This document shows positions 32,043 through 46,000 of a DNA stretch of 64,000 bases, in pieces. The notes below the pieces were generated by a model. It had not been told where the DNA came from, did no database searches, and saw nothing but the letters and a program-made list of their open reading frames with translations. Each line of letters opens with the position of its first letter. The first letter of the stretch is position 1. Location: NCBI RefSeq assembly GCF_963676685.1, contig NC_092348.1:5022001-5086000 (forward strand), read 5' to 3'. Source of the stretch: Mytilus edulis (taxonomy: Eukaryota). Both the position numbers and the translations under genes were made by a program.

Positions 32043-32682
32043 ATATATTCTTGTTGGAGGATAACTACAGAATGCAGATAGTAGAAAAATTAACCACGCG
32101 CATTACCATTGTAATAAACATTTTGATGGGTTGTCACCTCCCGCTATCCTAAATCAAACGTTTCAGATTTATATGAGGAATCTGATTGAAGGGGATATTA
32201 CCCCTGTATCTTATATTAAAATAAAAAGATGTGGCAATGAGACAACTATATATTTACTACAGTTTAAAATGGAGTAATTGTAGGCAATTATAGGCACCGT
32301 ATGGCCTTCAACAATGAGAAAAAAAATTCACGGTTTAGTCGGCTATAAAAAGCCCCTACATGAAAAATATGAACTAATTCAATTGAGAAAACTAACAGCC
32401 TTATTCATTACACAACACCTGAAAAACAAATATGACAGACCTGAGCCAACGACAACTACTGAACTTAAGATTTGTGACAGGCACATACAAATTGTGCATC
32501 GAAAGATACTAAAACATTGCATGTTGACTAAATATTCCGTATAAACTTCACAAATTTACATGAGGGTCTTGAAATATTGATTCTAGTTACTGGCATTGTT
32601 TATCATCTGAATTCCGTGTTATATAGTGTTCTTTAATTTGTCTTTGTATATTTTTAACCTTTAATATCTAGTCCATTTTTGG

Positions 32683-33957
32683 TAATATTATTAATTCGTA
32701 TATTTTAACAAATTTGATTCTTTTAGGGATAGTCACATGTTAAACTATATTTTCGAAGGTAGAGAGAAAACGGCGGATAGCAAAACGCATATTGACCTGC
32801 AAAAAGCATATTGCACGGTTATTTTTAGAACAGTGGCGGATCCAGGGGGGGGGGGGGGGGGGGGGGTTCCGGGGGTGCGCACCCCCCCTTTATTTTTGCC
32901 GATCAATGCATTTGTATCGGGACATATGTTTTGCACCCCCCCTTTGCCCTGGGTTAGCCTGGGTTAGCACCCCCCCTTTCGAAAATTCCTGCATCCGCCC
33001 CTGTAGAATATCTAAAAACCAATATACTTTGTGACGTCATGTAATGAATTTCAGGATATTGTTTAACGTTTTGAAACACATGATATCTGTGATCGATTAT
33101 TCTTCAAATACATAAGATGTCAAAAAAAAAAGTAAATGAAATAACAACTAATATGTTGTTATTGTCAAGGAGACAATGTAATATTTATAAAATGCCAACA
33201 AACCTAAATGACGATTTTGATACAAATATGGTCAGAAATTAATAATATAACAAATATAGCCTTTGTATGAGGTCAATACAGGATATATCGACCCAAAGAA
33301 GTATATCGACCTCGGACTTCGTCCTCAGTCAATATACTTCTTTCAGGTCAATATATCCTTGTATCGACCTCATACAAAGGCTATATTTGTATAATATTAT
33401 TAATTCGTATATTTTAACAAATTTGATTCGTTTAGGGATAGTCACATGTTAAACTATATTTTCGAAGGTAGAGAGAAAACGGCGGATAGCAAAACGCATA
33501 TTGACCTGCAAAAAGCATATTGCACGGTTATTTTTAGAATATCTAAAAACCAATATACTTTGTGACGTCATGTAATGAATTTTAGGATATTGTTTAACGT
33601 TTTGAAACACATGATATCTGTGATCGATTATTTGACGAAAAAAATATTCAAATACATATAAGATGTCAAAAAAAAAAGTAAATGAAATAAGATCTAATAT
33701 GTTGTTATTGTCAAGGAGACAATGTCATATCTTTAAAATTCCAACAAACCTAAATGACGATTTTGATACATTTTTGTACAAATATGGTCAGAAATTAATA
33801 ATATAACAAATATAGCCTTTGTATGAGGTCAATACAGGATATATCGACCCAAAGAAGTATATCGTCCGACCTCGGACTTCGTCCTCAGTCAATATACTTC
33901 TTTCAGGTCAATATATCCTTGTATCGACCTCATACAAAGGCTATATTTGTATAATAT
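32683..33957. repeat. Tandem duplication (~560-bp unit), each copy ending in a ~150-bp hairpin
   Basis: Copy 1 starts ~32683 and copy 2 ~33393; palindromes at ~33248-33397 and ~33800-33957. Confidence 0.8.
32831..33003. mobile_element. Short MITE with 5-bp TSD
   Basis: CAGTGGCGGAT...ATCCGCCCCTG flanked by TAGAA. The empty site is visible in the second copy of the duplication. Confidence 0.85.
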
Positions 33958-35489
33958 CCTTTTATAGTGATTAAGACTATAACACAATGTTGACTGCTGT
34001 ACCTTAATTTTTGACATTTTTATCTTTTTTTTTTATATAGGAAGATGTGGTATAAGTGCCAATGAACACTCTCTCATCCAAGTCATAATTTGTAAAAGTA
34101 AACCAGTATAGGTCAAAGTACTTCAACATGTATATCTGTTTGATTTGTCCACAAATTGTTGTCAATATAGCCTAATGATTTTTTTTTGCGACTGTTACGC
34201 AAGTGAGGGGTTTAGCTAGCTATAAACTGAAACAAGGTTTAATCCACCATTTTCTACATAAGGAAATGCATGTGCCAAGTCAGGAATATGACAGTTATTT
34301 TCCATTCGTTTGATGTTTTTGAGCTTTTATTTTTAGCATTTGATAAGGGTAGACTTTCCGATTGGAATATTCCTTTTTTTTTTTAGTTTGATATTTTTCT
34401 TATCATACTTAGCTTCTTGCATTCGTGCAATTTGCTTGCTTTTTTTCTTATCGGCTTGAATTGGTTGACTGTATAAGGAATTTTGATTGGCTTTTGTCGT
34501 CGCTCTAATTTTTTGCTCCGTTTTGCATTCTAAATCACGTTTGAAAGAATTTAACGATCTCCATTATAATTGAAGTATACTTATTTCTCCTTTTATTTAT
34601 CCGATTAAATAGAGCTGTCTTAATGACAGAATACAAGTTTTCAATTTAGAACGTGTATTGGTTTTTGATTGAACCACGTGCAAACACTTGATTTTTGATG
34701 TTAGAAGTCATTGATTCTCCTGTCTGAAGCAATATGTGCAATGCGAGCGCACCTGTTTAAGACAGCACGACAAAGCGATTCCTCGTATTAATTTTCATAA
34801 TCAAAAGAAAACTGAAATGAGTCTTGTTAATGGGCGCCAATAGTAAATTTCCTATAGAAAAGACGGTTGTATTCTTTATTATAAGTATTGCAATTACAAC
34901 CCGTTTGACTTTATACTACATGTACCTACTTATATCTTATTTATTGTTGTAAAAGTACAAAGGAGAGGCACACATTATAAGTCATATAGATGGGGGACGA
35001 AAGAGGGTAGTTCGTTTTCATAGATTTCGAAAACAATACATTATTATGGTGTTATTCATACAAGCATTATTATTAGATTTACGAGAAAGAAAAAAACTTG
35101 AAAATGATTTATTGGAATAGTTTCACTGGAAGAACTGGATTTTACAAAATAAAAACTGTGGGAACCTCAGATTCGTGTTATTTTCTTGGTTTTTTTTTTC
35201 TTCAGTTTTTCAAAGTGAAGATGCAAGTGAATACATCGTTTAATGAAAGTAGCTTAAATTCCATTTTATAACCTATCAACCATTACTCTACTTTGAAATA
35301 ATAGTGTTTAGAATACCTCACAAACGCAGGAATTTGAAGCAAACAGGTTCACACTTACAATATAAAATTTTATCGCACGTCAATGCTTTTTCTTCTAAGT
35401 TTTCCCCTTTGCTAAAATTCCAATCCGTTGCATACATATATTGATTATTGAAAAAAGTGGGAAAGTTCACAATTAGAAAATCATCAAAT

Positions 35490-36200
35490 TGACTTATGCA
35501 GATAATAAAGACCAACTGTCTACCAATCTAATTTACTGTCTACAAACAGCAGATACATCTAAAATCAGACTTAAATACCAGAAATACAAATCAACCGAAC
35601 AAACAACTAAGGCATATACAATCAGACTAACACAACAAAAGTTCTATTGTACAGACAAAAACAAGCATCTGAAATTTAGGCCTTAGACTCAGGCTAGCAG
35701 ACGGTAAAGACAAACTGCATGAACAGCAGATCCATATACAATCTTAGTCTAGATAATACAAATCAGCTGTATAGAAAACAGATACATCTAAAATCTTTAT
35801 TAATACAAGTCAACTGTGCAGATAACAGAGGCAATACAATCTAACTATACAGATAACAGAGGCAATACAATCTAACTGTGCAGATAACAAAGATATCTAA
35901 AATCTTATATAATAAACTGTACAGATAACAGAGGCATTCAAAAAATCTAAGATAATACAAATCATCTGTACAGATAACAGAGACATCTGAAATCTTATAT
36001 AATACAAATCAACTGTACAGATAACAGAGGCATTCAAAAAATCTAAGATAATACAAATTATCTGTACAGATAACAGACACATCTGAAATCTTAGATAATA
36101 CAAATCAACTGCACAGAAAACTGAGACATCTATAATCTTAGATAATACAAATCAACTGTATAGATAACAGAGACATTAATAAAATCTTAGATAATACAAA
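35490..36200. repeat. Degenerate minisatellite (~45-bp units)
   Basis: Recurrent CAGATAACAGAGACATCT..AATCTTAGATAATACAAATCAACTGTA. Confidence 0.7.
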
Positions 36201-37913
36201 AGAGGGACGAAAGATACCAGAGGGACAGTCAAACTCATAGATTGGAAATAAACTGACAACGCCATGGCTTAAAATAAAAAGACAAACAGACAAATAAAAG
36301 AACAGAATATACAACATAGATAACTAAAGACTAAGCAACACGAACCCCACCAAAAACTGGGGTTGATCTTTGGTGCTCCGGAAGGGTGAGTAGAGTCTGC
36401 TCCACATGTGGCACCCGTCGTGTACAAATCAACTGAACAATTAACAGAGACATCAAAAATCTTAGACATTTAGAAGATGCAGAAATACATAATATAGGTT
36501 ATAAAAGAAATATTCAAAGAAGTCTTATCCTTAGACAAAACAAATCAAATTGTACGGACACCAAAATACATGCATTTATGGAATATTATTTATCTATATT
36601 TCGGGAGTATGGTGATTTCTTGTGTTGTATGCAGTTACGTTGTGTCTTCAATAATTATGCCACCCTGTTTCTGGTTTACTGTGAATTGGTTACTATTTGG
36701 CGAGTCCTATGGTTTTGTGTTCAGACCAACGCAAAGACATAATATAGAAATCTAGATTACATTTAATCACGAACAAATTATAGAACAATTATTTCTTAAT
36801 ACACCAGAAATTATGTCGAAGACAGTTTTCATTAAGGACAAGTTTCTGTTATGTTGTAAAGTGTTCCAAGACATTAAGAAAAAATTACTAAATAATTCTT
36901 TCGGATTATAAAAACTTTTCTCATTAATGAGGGTTATTAAATATTTTACATCAGTTTGTAACAAAAAGAAATTCTCAAAAAGATGATTTCATCACTTGAA
37001 GAGAACAAAAGAAAATATCAAGACTATTTATTTACTCTCATCATTTTCTTTCAATTTATTTTTTTCTGTTTGAGTTGTTAAGATAGATGTTCACCAGCAC
37101 TAATACACGTTAATAAACAATTAGTTTCAAGTGTTCCGTTAAATATGCACACATTCTATAGTCACGTACCATTACAAAGTCTCGTAGACTACGAGAAGAT
37201 TGATGTGAACACAAGTGAAATCTACAACTGGTAACAAATGAGGCTGTCAATCAACACAGAATTAACAACTGCAGAACAAGTTTATTTGTTATGATAAACA
37301 CAGCGTATTTGTTTACCATATTCTCTTTGAGTATTTGGTTTCCATTATTCTTTCTCACTTTGCAAATTGACTTATTATTAGTCATAAATACAGGTAAAAT
37401 AGTTTTCTTTGAGGTATGTTGTCTTGCTTAATTTGCAGGTTATATCTTGGCTCACATGTGGAATTGTCCAGAATTATAAACAGACGGCTTACTCTGGCTA
37501 TTTTATAGGTCGCGATGTTTCTATGTCATTCTGAGCCAACTATGTCAACTTGTTCTCTCTGTGAGCGCACTGGTATCATTATCGATGTTAAGATACTTTT
37601 TTTTTCAATCGAACTTTTTAATAAAAAGATGGCCTTAAACCGTATTGGCATTCATTATAGCCCCGGAAAACAATAATTCTCGTAGTCTTCTTAAATGTTT
37701 TTTTGTAATTGTTGAACAGGCCAGGATTTACTTTTTACGTAATAGAGATATAATCGCATGAATCACTAAAATTGCAAACTGAAAAAAAAGTTCCAGACAT
37801 AAAATGTTAAGATGCGAAAAATTATTATCAAATAGTAAGAATTGCGATTTTTTATGAACCCAATAACTTGACTCGATCACTCCATATCGTGAAAATGTCA
37901 TTTAAAATATTAT

Positions 37914-38118
37914 TTAGTGATATACCAATTGTCCTTTTATTTCACTGTTTGGTATAGGAGTTACTGACTTGCAACGTGCAACGTTCTGTTTCTATATAAG
38001 TTGGAACAAGACGAGTTAGTGATATACCAATTGTCCTTTTATTTCACTGTTTGGTATAGGAGTTACTGACTTGCAACGTGCAACGTTCTGTTTCTATATA
38101 AGTTGGAACAAGACGAGT
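37914..38118. repeat. Perfect 102-bp tandem duplication
   Basis: TTAGTGATATACCAATTG...GACGAG is repeated at 37914 and 38016. Confidence 0.85.
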
Positions 38119-40824
38119 TTGTAAATAGATTGCGAGGAAACCTATCAGACAGCAACCAATTTATAATTATGTAGTTTACTATAATACATAATAGACTAGA
38201 GTTCAACAAACGACATCCCTTTTCGGCACCAGACGAGCTCCCAGTTATGGAAGCGCATATGGTACACCCCTTGTAAAGTTATTTTGTTGCTAATAAGTCG
38301 GAATTATTAGTCAAGTTGTGTGTTATAAGCTGGAATCTTATCATCAAGTTGAAGTCAAGTTGTCGGAATGATGTAGAAAAATTGTTTTACAATGTCGACT
38401 TGCTGATATAAATATAATGGCATAGTAATAAGAAGTCGACACGTTGAATTCAACTTATTAATTGATTAAGTCGACAACTTGTTTATTTGATATTAAATCA
38501 TCATGTTGAAGTCAACTTGTCGGAATGATGTAGATAAAGTTTTTATTACAATGTCCACTTGCTAATAATATTAATTAAGTCAACTTGCTTATTTGATGTT
38601 AACTTTATTCGTTCTCACGGTCAGATTCCCACGGTCCGTATTTTACTTCCTGTGCTGACACATTAAAGATGGAGATCGACAGCAACAACATCAGCGGGAG
38701 CAGTGGAAACGAGTCATAAGTAAGTTTATATTTGTTTTCTTTGGAGACTTAGCGTTATATTTTAATATGAAGCAATACTGAACACAAAATGAAAAAGATC
38801 ATAGGGAGAAAAAACGTTATTGTTTGAATGAAAGGGCATTGAAAAGTTACAGTTTAACGTGACCTGTGATAAGATCTAGAGTAAGACGTCTGCTATTATT
38901 AAAGATATATTCTACTTAAAGGGTTTCACCCCTCTCCCCACCATCCCATCACAAGTACACTACCCGTTCTGTACGACTGTCAATGAAAAATGGAAAAAAA
39001 CTGAATGGTCCCTCCCTTTCGCCTTTCAGAGTCCTTTGTAGATCAATCTCCATGACTCATTTAATTCATAACAGCTAAGCAAAAAAAAATTAGTAATCTA
39101 AACAAATAATTTGATTCACAACTAGCAGGGTGGATCTTGTCATTTATAAGGGTTGGGTATGGGGATCCTAGCCCACGATAAAGGGGAGTTCCAACTATAT
39201 GTCCCCATTCAATTGCATTGATCTTCCAAATAAATGTAAAAAAGGGTTCCAACCCCGGACCCCCTGGATTCGCCACTAATGCCAGTTAGAAAAGCATGAT
39301 GCGAAACGAAATATGTGTTCACTTTATTTTGATATTGACCGATTAGAAGATTTTGCTATTCATTAAACATTTCAATTGAAGAAATATCGTCTATTTCAGC
39401 TGCTTGGTCACCTGCCCGTCTAATAAATGGTCAAAGACTATGGAATCAAGCAATATTTTAAAGGTAATGTTGAAAGTAAAACAAAGAAATATGTTGCTGA
39501 CATCGAACATCAAATCAACACACTTTGGCTTAAAAACAAACAAAATTTGTCAAAACTTTCTTGTATAGTTTTTATAATGTTTTTCTTCATTTAGACTAAT
39601 CAGCTCCATCTTCGTGGAAAGTATGAAAAAGGTTTAATACTGTATTGTGATTTATTTTTTGTAAAAACTGCACCTTAAACGGCCAAAAATTACAAAAAAT
39701 AAAGGATTACCAAAATAGGAAAAATGAGCACACATTTACACGGCTCTAGCGAAAAATATAGTGAACCATGATATAAAGTTTTCTTCATATTTTGTCTAGC
39801 ATGCGCAGTAAAAGCGAGACATGTAGGTACGGTTTTACAGGCGACGGTGAATATATGGCGTTAACATTGCAACCAAGTTTGCTGTTCATGTCTTTATCTC
39901 GTGAAGCATAACGAGTAAGGTTCTTATATTTAGGATGCAGATTTCCTACATATTGTTCTTGCCAGTCAGTCATGTGCCATTTATCTTTGACCTATTTTAA
40001 ATGCTTGAATGACCCTGAAGAACTCTAATAGTCAATTTTGCAACCGAGTTTACTGCTTAAGTCCATATCTCAAGAAATAGAAGTCTAAGGTTGATAATAT
40101 TTGGCATTAACGTCTCCAACTACAAGGGGATGATAGTCTGAAGTGTAATTTTAGCTTTGACTTAGGTTGATGATATTAGACAAGGAGGTTCCCCACTACC
40201 AGGGGATGTCATTTTGATACCTGTAAATTGATCTTGGCCTTGTTTTTATGGTTGATTGACTTTGACAATATGCGACCAAATTTTATAAATTAGTCAATGA
40301 TTGATAAAGAGCTAGATATCATGTTTAAGGAGGCATGATGTTACAACAAATTTAGCAAAAATTGAAACATATTTTTTTCATAACAAATTTTATTCATTAG
40401 GTACACTATTCGTTGTTTCTTTAAGATATGGTACAAAAATCAACCAAACAAAATAAATTCGTTTAGGCATCAGATGACTTTTAAAATGTTTATTCGATTG
40501 CAATATGCTGGAAGAAGATATGTCCTCTTGTTTGAAAATGAAAACATGTTCAAATGTAAAAATATCATATGCTTATACCTGATACCTATAACGGGTAAAT
40601 TTAAAAATGAAATATGTTATAAATATCGCCATGAAGATTTATTTTGGATTGTCAAAACTTACTGTGTATTTTTCCATTTCGTATTCCATTAAATGTGAAG
40701 GCGCAGCGCATTTCCTAGTAGTTTTATAGTAAGCTGATGACGTCACAGTGAACACCCTATTTAGATATCAAGCCAATCGGATTTTTCATTTTATCATTAC
40801 ATCATACGTGTAATTTCTATCTTT

Positions 40825-41295
40825 ATGTTTCAGTTACTCTGTTGTCTCCTTTGTGTTGCTGATCATGACGTTACAGGAATACCTTACCCAGGCGATGATG
40901 CTTCTGTGCCTGAACTAGTCCAATACTATCATCAATTATGCTACACGTCCCTTCAAATATGTGGATTTCTCTTGTTTGTTCACGGAACATTCATAAGTTG
41001 TTCCATGTTAAAAAGACTTAAGAGAAGATTAAATATCAGACGGCGTAACAACCAGTCGCCATTACCTACAGTTGTAAGGACAATCCTGGCTTTACACCGT
41101 AATGGCCTGTCTAATGTTGGATACAGGTATATGTGGAGGACTCTGAACATAGGCTTTGGACTTTGCGTCACACAATCAAGAGCAAGGCTTTGCTTAAGAA
41201 CAAGAGACCAACAGGATGTACTTAACAGATCGCATCGAGTTCTTCGAAGGAGAGTGTACTACAATAGAGGACCAAACTATCTGATTCATGTCGAT
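40825..41295 (+). pseudogene. Truncated inverted copy of the transposase 5' half
   Basis: Nearly identical to the first ~157 codons of ORF 52665-51415 and breaks at the first catalytic HVD. Confidence 0.9.
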
Positions 41296-42402
41296 ATTCA
41301 TAGATCAGTAAAAAAAATATATTGTACTCTTGCATCCAATCACGGCGTTTCTAAGTTGACTTCCTTCATCTGCCTTGGGTACACAAAAGGCCAACCTAAT
41401 GTTGGGGAAATGTAATATATTGTAGTACCGGTTTCCCTTTAAATGATGTTTTTAAAAATTTTTTTTTTTACAAAACTTTGGAATTTGCCCAACAAATTTT
41501 GCATGCAGTATCACAATAATAATGATTTGTCCACTGAAACGTCAAATACTACTTTTGAATCATATATTTTCTTGTTTTCCAAAAACAAATGCGTTAAATT
41601 TCCATCTTAGAAACTGCCAACTTTAAGTTTGAGAGTTTTACTCGAGGATGGTATTAAATTTATGTCTTCATCAGTCCAATGATCCTTGATTATATGTGCA
41701 TCGAAAATTTTAATAAAAAGAGTCAATAAATAACAAAATGATTTTGGTTTTGGGATTTAAAGGTGACTACTAACACCGTAAATTGAGGTGTATACCCAAT
41801 TAAAAGTGCTAAAATACAAAAATGTGACCACAAAACTTTTTATAAACAGAAAGAAATTTAAATCTATATACTAGTCTATCATTTAAAACAATTTGCAGCC
41901 GTGTTTTATTCCGGAACTGTTATATTATAAAAAAGAAGATGTGGTATGATTGCCAATGAGGCAACTATAAATATCCACAAAAATGACCCAAACATTAACA
42001 ACTATAGGTCATCGTACGGCCTTCAACAATGAGCAAAGCCCATACCGCACAGTCAGCTATAAAAGGCCACGATAAGACCGGTAAAACAATTCAAACGAGA
42101 AAACTAACGGCCTTATTTATGTAAAAAAAAATGAACATTAAACTGTTAACTAAGCGTCTCTTTTGAGATCAGTTGCAGTACTGTAATGCCAATTATATAA
42201 AGAGGCACAGCCTGGACACTGTGTTATGTCTGGACGACCTGATCACTATAAGGCATCAGCCACATTTTGTGGCTGGGTCCTAATAAACCAATACATAACT
42301 GAACATACAAAATGCGTTTACAAAGAAAGATACAAGAATAACAGATACTAATAACATCTGTTTCATTGTTAATTTTGACTCAATCAGTGCCCAGATGAAG
42401 TA

Positions 42403-43037
42403 TAACGTGAGGGTACCCAAATTGCACCTATTTTGACAGTTTTTTAACCTACGTTTTTTTATGCTTCAGACAAAAGTTTTCATTATGAGTTTATTTTGTA
42501 GATGTATCATTATTTAATATATGATTTCACCAAATTAATTTTAAATCCATATAGAATCATAGAAAAAATGGTCTGAACTGACCTCCAAACCATCAATGAT
42601 TCTGTAATGAGGAGTACCCAAATTGCATCCATGCTTAAAATTGCATCGTCAAAAGTCGAATAACAGAGTTGTCGTTTAATTTCTTCAAATATTTTTAACA
42701 ATTGAATATTAGTCCATGCTTACTCTTAATTTTTTAACAAATAGATACTTTTAACACATTGTATTTGCTAATTTTAAAAAGATGACGTTTTGATGACGTC
42801 GCACGGTGACGTTTTCGTACATTTTGCTTTTTCAGTAAACACTTCATCTGTTGATAAATACTGTGAACATTTTGTGTATATTTAAATAGTTTTACCTATG
42901 TTGAAAGACATGCATGATATAAAATCATAAAAATTGAAATTGTTTAGTCTCTTGGAAATCTTGTAAGATATCCGCAGCTATTTTAGGTAAATAGGTGCAA
43001 TTTGGGTCCTCGGTGCAATTTGGGTACCGTTACGTTA
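42403..43037. mobile_element. MITE
   Basis: Imperfect TIR TAACGTGAGGGTACCCAAATTGCACC / GGTGCAATTTGGGTACCGTTACGTTA with internal copies of the motif. Confidence 0.7.
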
Positions 43038-46000
43038 AAGTCAAGTATATTCAACTTTTTAAAATGAATACTTGAATGTTTTGATAACCCAAGTCAAAGT
43101 GGACAGCAGTTTATTAGCATTCACAGTTCTAACTAATGACAGCAGTTCATTAGCATTCACAGTTGACAAATTCAAGGCAATGGCTAGTTTGCATAATAGG
43201 CATTTCATAGCAGTTTATTTAGCCTTCACAATTATTAGCAGGTTTTTGTGACGAAAATTTTAAATGAGATACATGTACCCAAAAAAACTGATGTCAGCAC
43301 TGAATATTCATGAGAACTGGTATACTAACAGCTATCAATAATGCATATTCATACAAAGTGCTAAGTTGATTTTCTAAGCTGTACATCAGAGAAACAGATT
43401 TCACCACTAATAACTCGTGTATTACAATATTTCTCCATTCTCCACAGTAAAATTTAAAAAAACTAAGAAAGCCTAGCACTTAAAATATTGAAAATTGACT
43501 GTCTCCAGTGGAGAAATATTGCAACACACTTGTTGCAGTGGTGAAACTATATTAATTCTCTTTCTCTTTTGGATTTAAACAAAAAAAAATAATACACGTA
43601 ATAATAATGTTATGTAATATGTAAAACATTGTATTATGTTTCCAAAATTATGTTTCCAATTTTGGAAACAAACTTCAGTAACATACATCAACTTCATTAA
43701 AAGAGGGACGAAAGATAGTTGACAGTCAAACTCATAAAATGGATTGTTTGGTCAATATTAACCATAACCAATCGGCTATTTGCAGCCTATGTTTACCTAA
43801 TACTCCCTCCCCGTTTTTCAAGTCTTGAATAATGAATATGATGTATTTTTGTTTTTTAACAAAATCATATTAAAATAGTCGTATCTTCATTTTCAAATAA
43901 CATCTTGCACTGCAAGTATATGATATTAGTTTATTACATTCCTGCCAACATCAACTATTCTATTTGAATAAACCAGTATCCCCCCTTTTTGGGCTGTCTG
44001 TGTGATTTCTGTTTTCCCCTACAAATTTATGTCAGAATATTCACATGCATTAACTGTAACTTCAACTTACTGTACTGTGAGTTTGTGAATGCATTCCATT
44101 TAGCCTAAATTATAATTTATAATTGACAAAAATAGTTTTTCACTAGCAAGAATTTACACACAGTTTGGAGCCAAAAATGCACATTTGATAATTCAAATGA
44201 AGGTTTACTTTCAAGCTGAAAACACAAGTCAGGTCCAAGCATTTTTATAACAAAGATTAAAATCCAATCAGCTACCTAACTGCTATGGAACTGCTGTCAT
44301 AACTGTTGTCCAATTGACAACACGTTAAAAGGTACCATGACTGCTAAGAAATGGTCAAATTAGACAGTTTTTTCAAACTGGTATTATATGGAATGCTAAG
44401 AACAGCTAAAATAATGCCAAAAATATGAAGAACTGGTAAATAACAGCTATTAGCTAACGATAGCAGTTCAGTTTGACTTGGTAAATTCATAGTTTGGGTG
44501 GAATTAATAAAGTGATGACTTCACCGAATATTAATCACATTTTTCTCAGCAACTACCCATCTTTGAATCCTGATGGACAATTCATTATGTATTAATGCCA
44601 TACCCTGGGTGCAATCAGAGAGCAATTAAACATTCACTTCCTCTTTATCGTGGACTTCATTTTATATGGCCTCAAACAGTTTTTGTGGTTGCATATTGGT
44701 ATGGCATGAATTGTGAGATCTGTTCCTTCCTATGCCAATTAGAACCAAACTCTATCACAAGTATTCACGGATGGCGTCCTTTAAAAATTGTGTCTGGTAG
44801 GTTCAATCTATAAGATTACTGCCAGCATGGAACATAGTTAAACATTGGACCATAAGGAAAGTCTTTGAAACTACTTGCCAAATTGTAACCAAACATGGTC
44901 AAAATGGGTAACCAGAAGGTTCGGGTCCGATCCAAGATGGTTAACAACATGCCACAGATCTTAATTGAACATTTGAACTTAAAAGGGAAACACAATCTAA
45001 GATAGCTGAAAGTATTTGGCCAATAAGGATCAAAATTGATCATGGTGGTCCTTGGAATGTAACCTTTTTATGCAGTTAAGCTGCTTTATGCAAGCACCCT
45101 GGATTTGTGTTCTACCCAATAAATGCTGAAATACTTGCCATTGTCCTTATCTAGCTGGTAACTTTGCTATTTATAACTTAAAGGATAGTTTTTTCATACT
45201 TTTCGTTCTGGATTACAAAAGATATGACCAGAAAAACCTTAAATGATCGATTTTCCCAAAAGTTTTGAAGTTGCACATAGGAAGTAGAGCACATTAGGAT
45301 TCCTTATGTTGTTTATAATCCCCCGAGTCGAAACAGTCGAGATCCCCACCTTTAAATTAAACCATATATATTCATGATTGAGAACTAATCAAATGAAATA
45401 TAGGGAGAGTCCTTAGGGTCACCCTACAAACTCCTGTTTGATAACTTAGAAACAGAAATTTATATCCAAAATTTTCCACTTTATTTCATCTGGATTATAA
45501 GTCTGCTAGTCACTGATGTTTCAAATAATGCTTCCTCAACCATATATATCCATGTATTGGACAACATAACAAATCAAATGAAATATACTAGGATCATCCC
45601 ACCCCTCCTGTTTGAAAACTTGATAACGATTGAGATCCCCACCCCAAACCATATATATGCATGTATGGGACAAGATACAAAAACATTAAATGAAATATTA
45701 GGGCAGTCCCTAGGGTCACCCCATCCCCTCTTGTGTGTGTTTTGAGAACTTGTAAAAGATTGAAAAACCAACTCCTAAACTAAATCATATTCATTCCTGT
45801 TTGTCATTTCAAAAAGATTGAATGACATACAATGTCAATCTCATAGGCGTCACATATGCATGTCTTTCTATGTTGTGATGTTATGCTATTGTTTCTGTAA
45901 AAGGGAGAAGGTTTGGATCCATTAAAACGTTTAATCCCGCTGCAAATGTTTGCACCTGTCCTAAGTCAGGAATCTGATGTACAGTAGTTGCCGTTTGTTT

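Noticed and set aside
29200-38200. Host protein-coding exons
   Set aside because: Only isolated splice-like motifs (e.g. ~37415); no coherent exon chain or recognisable protein.
39785-40692. Duplicated small ORFs (62 and 72 aa; mirrored at 52798-53699)
   Set aside because: Duplicated only because they lie in the inverted arms; no coding signature.
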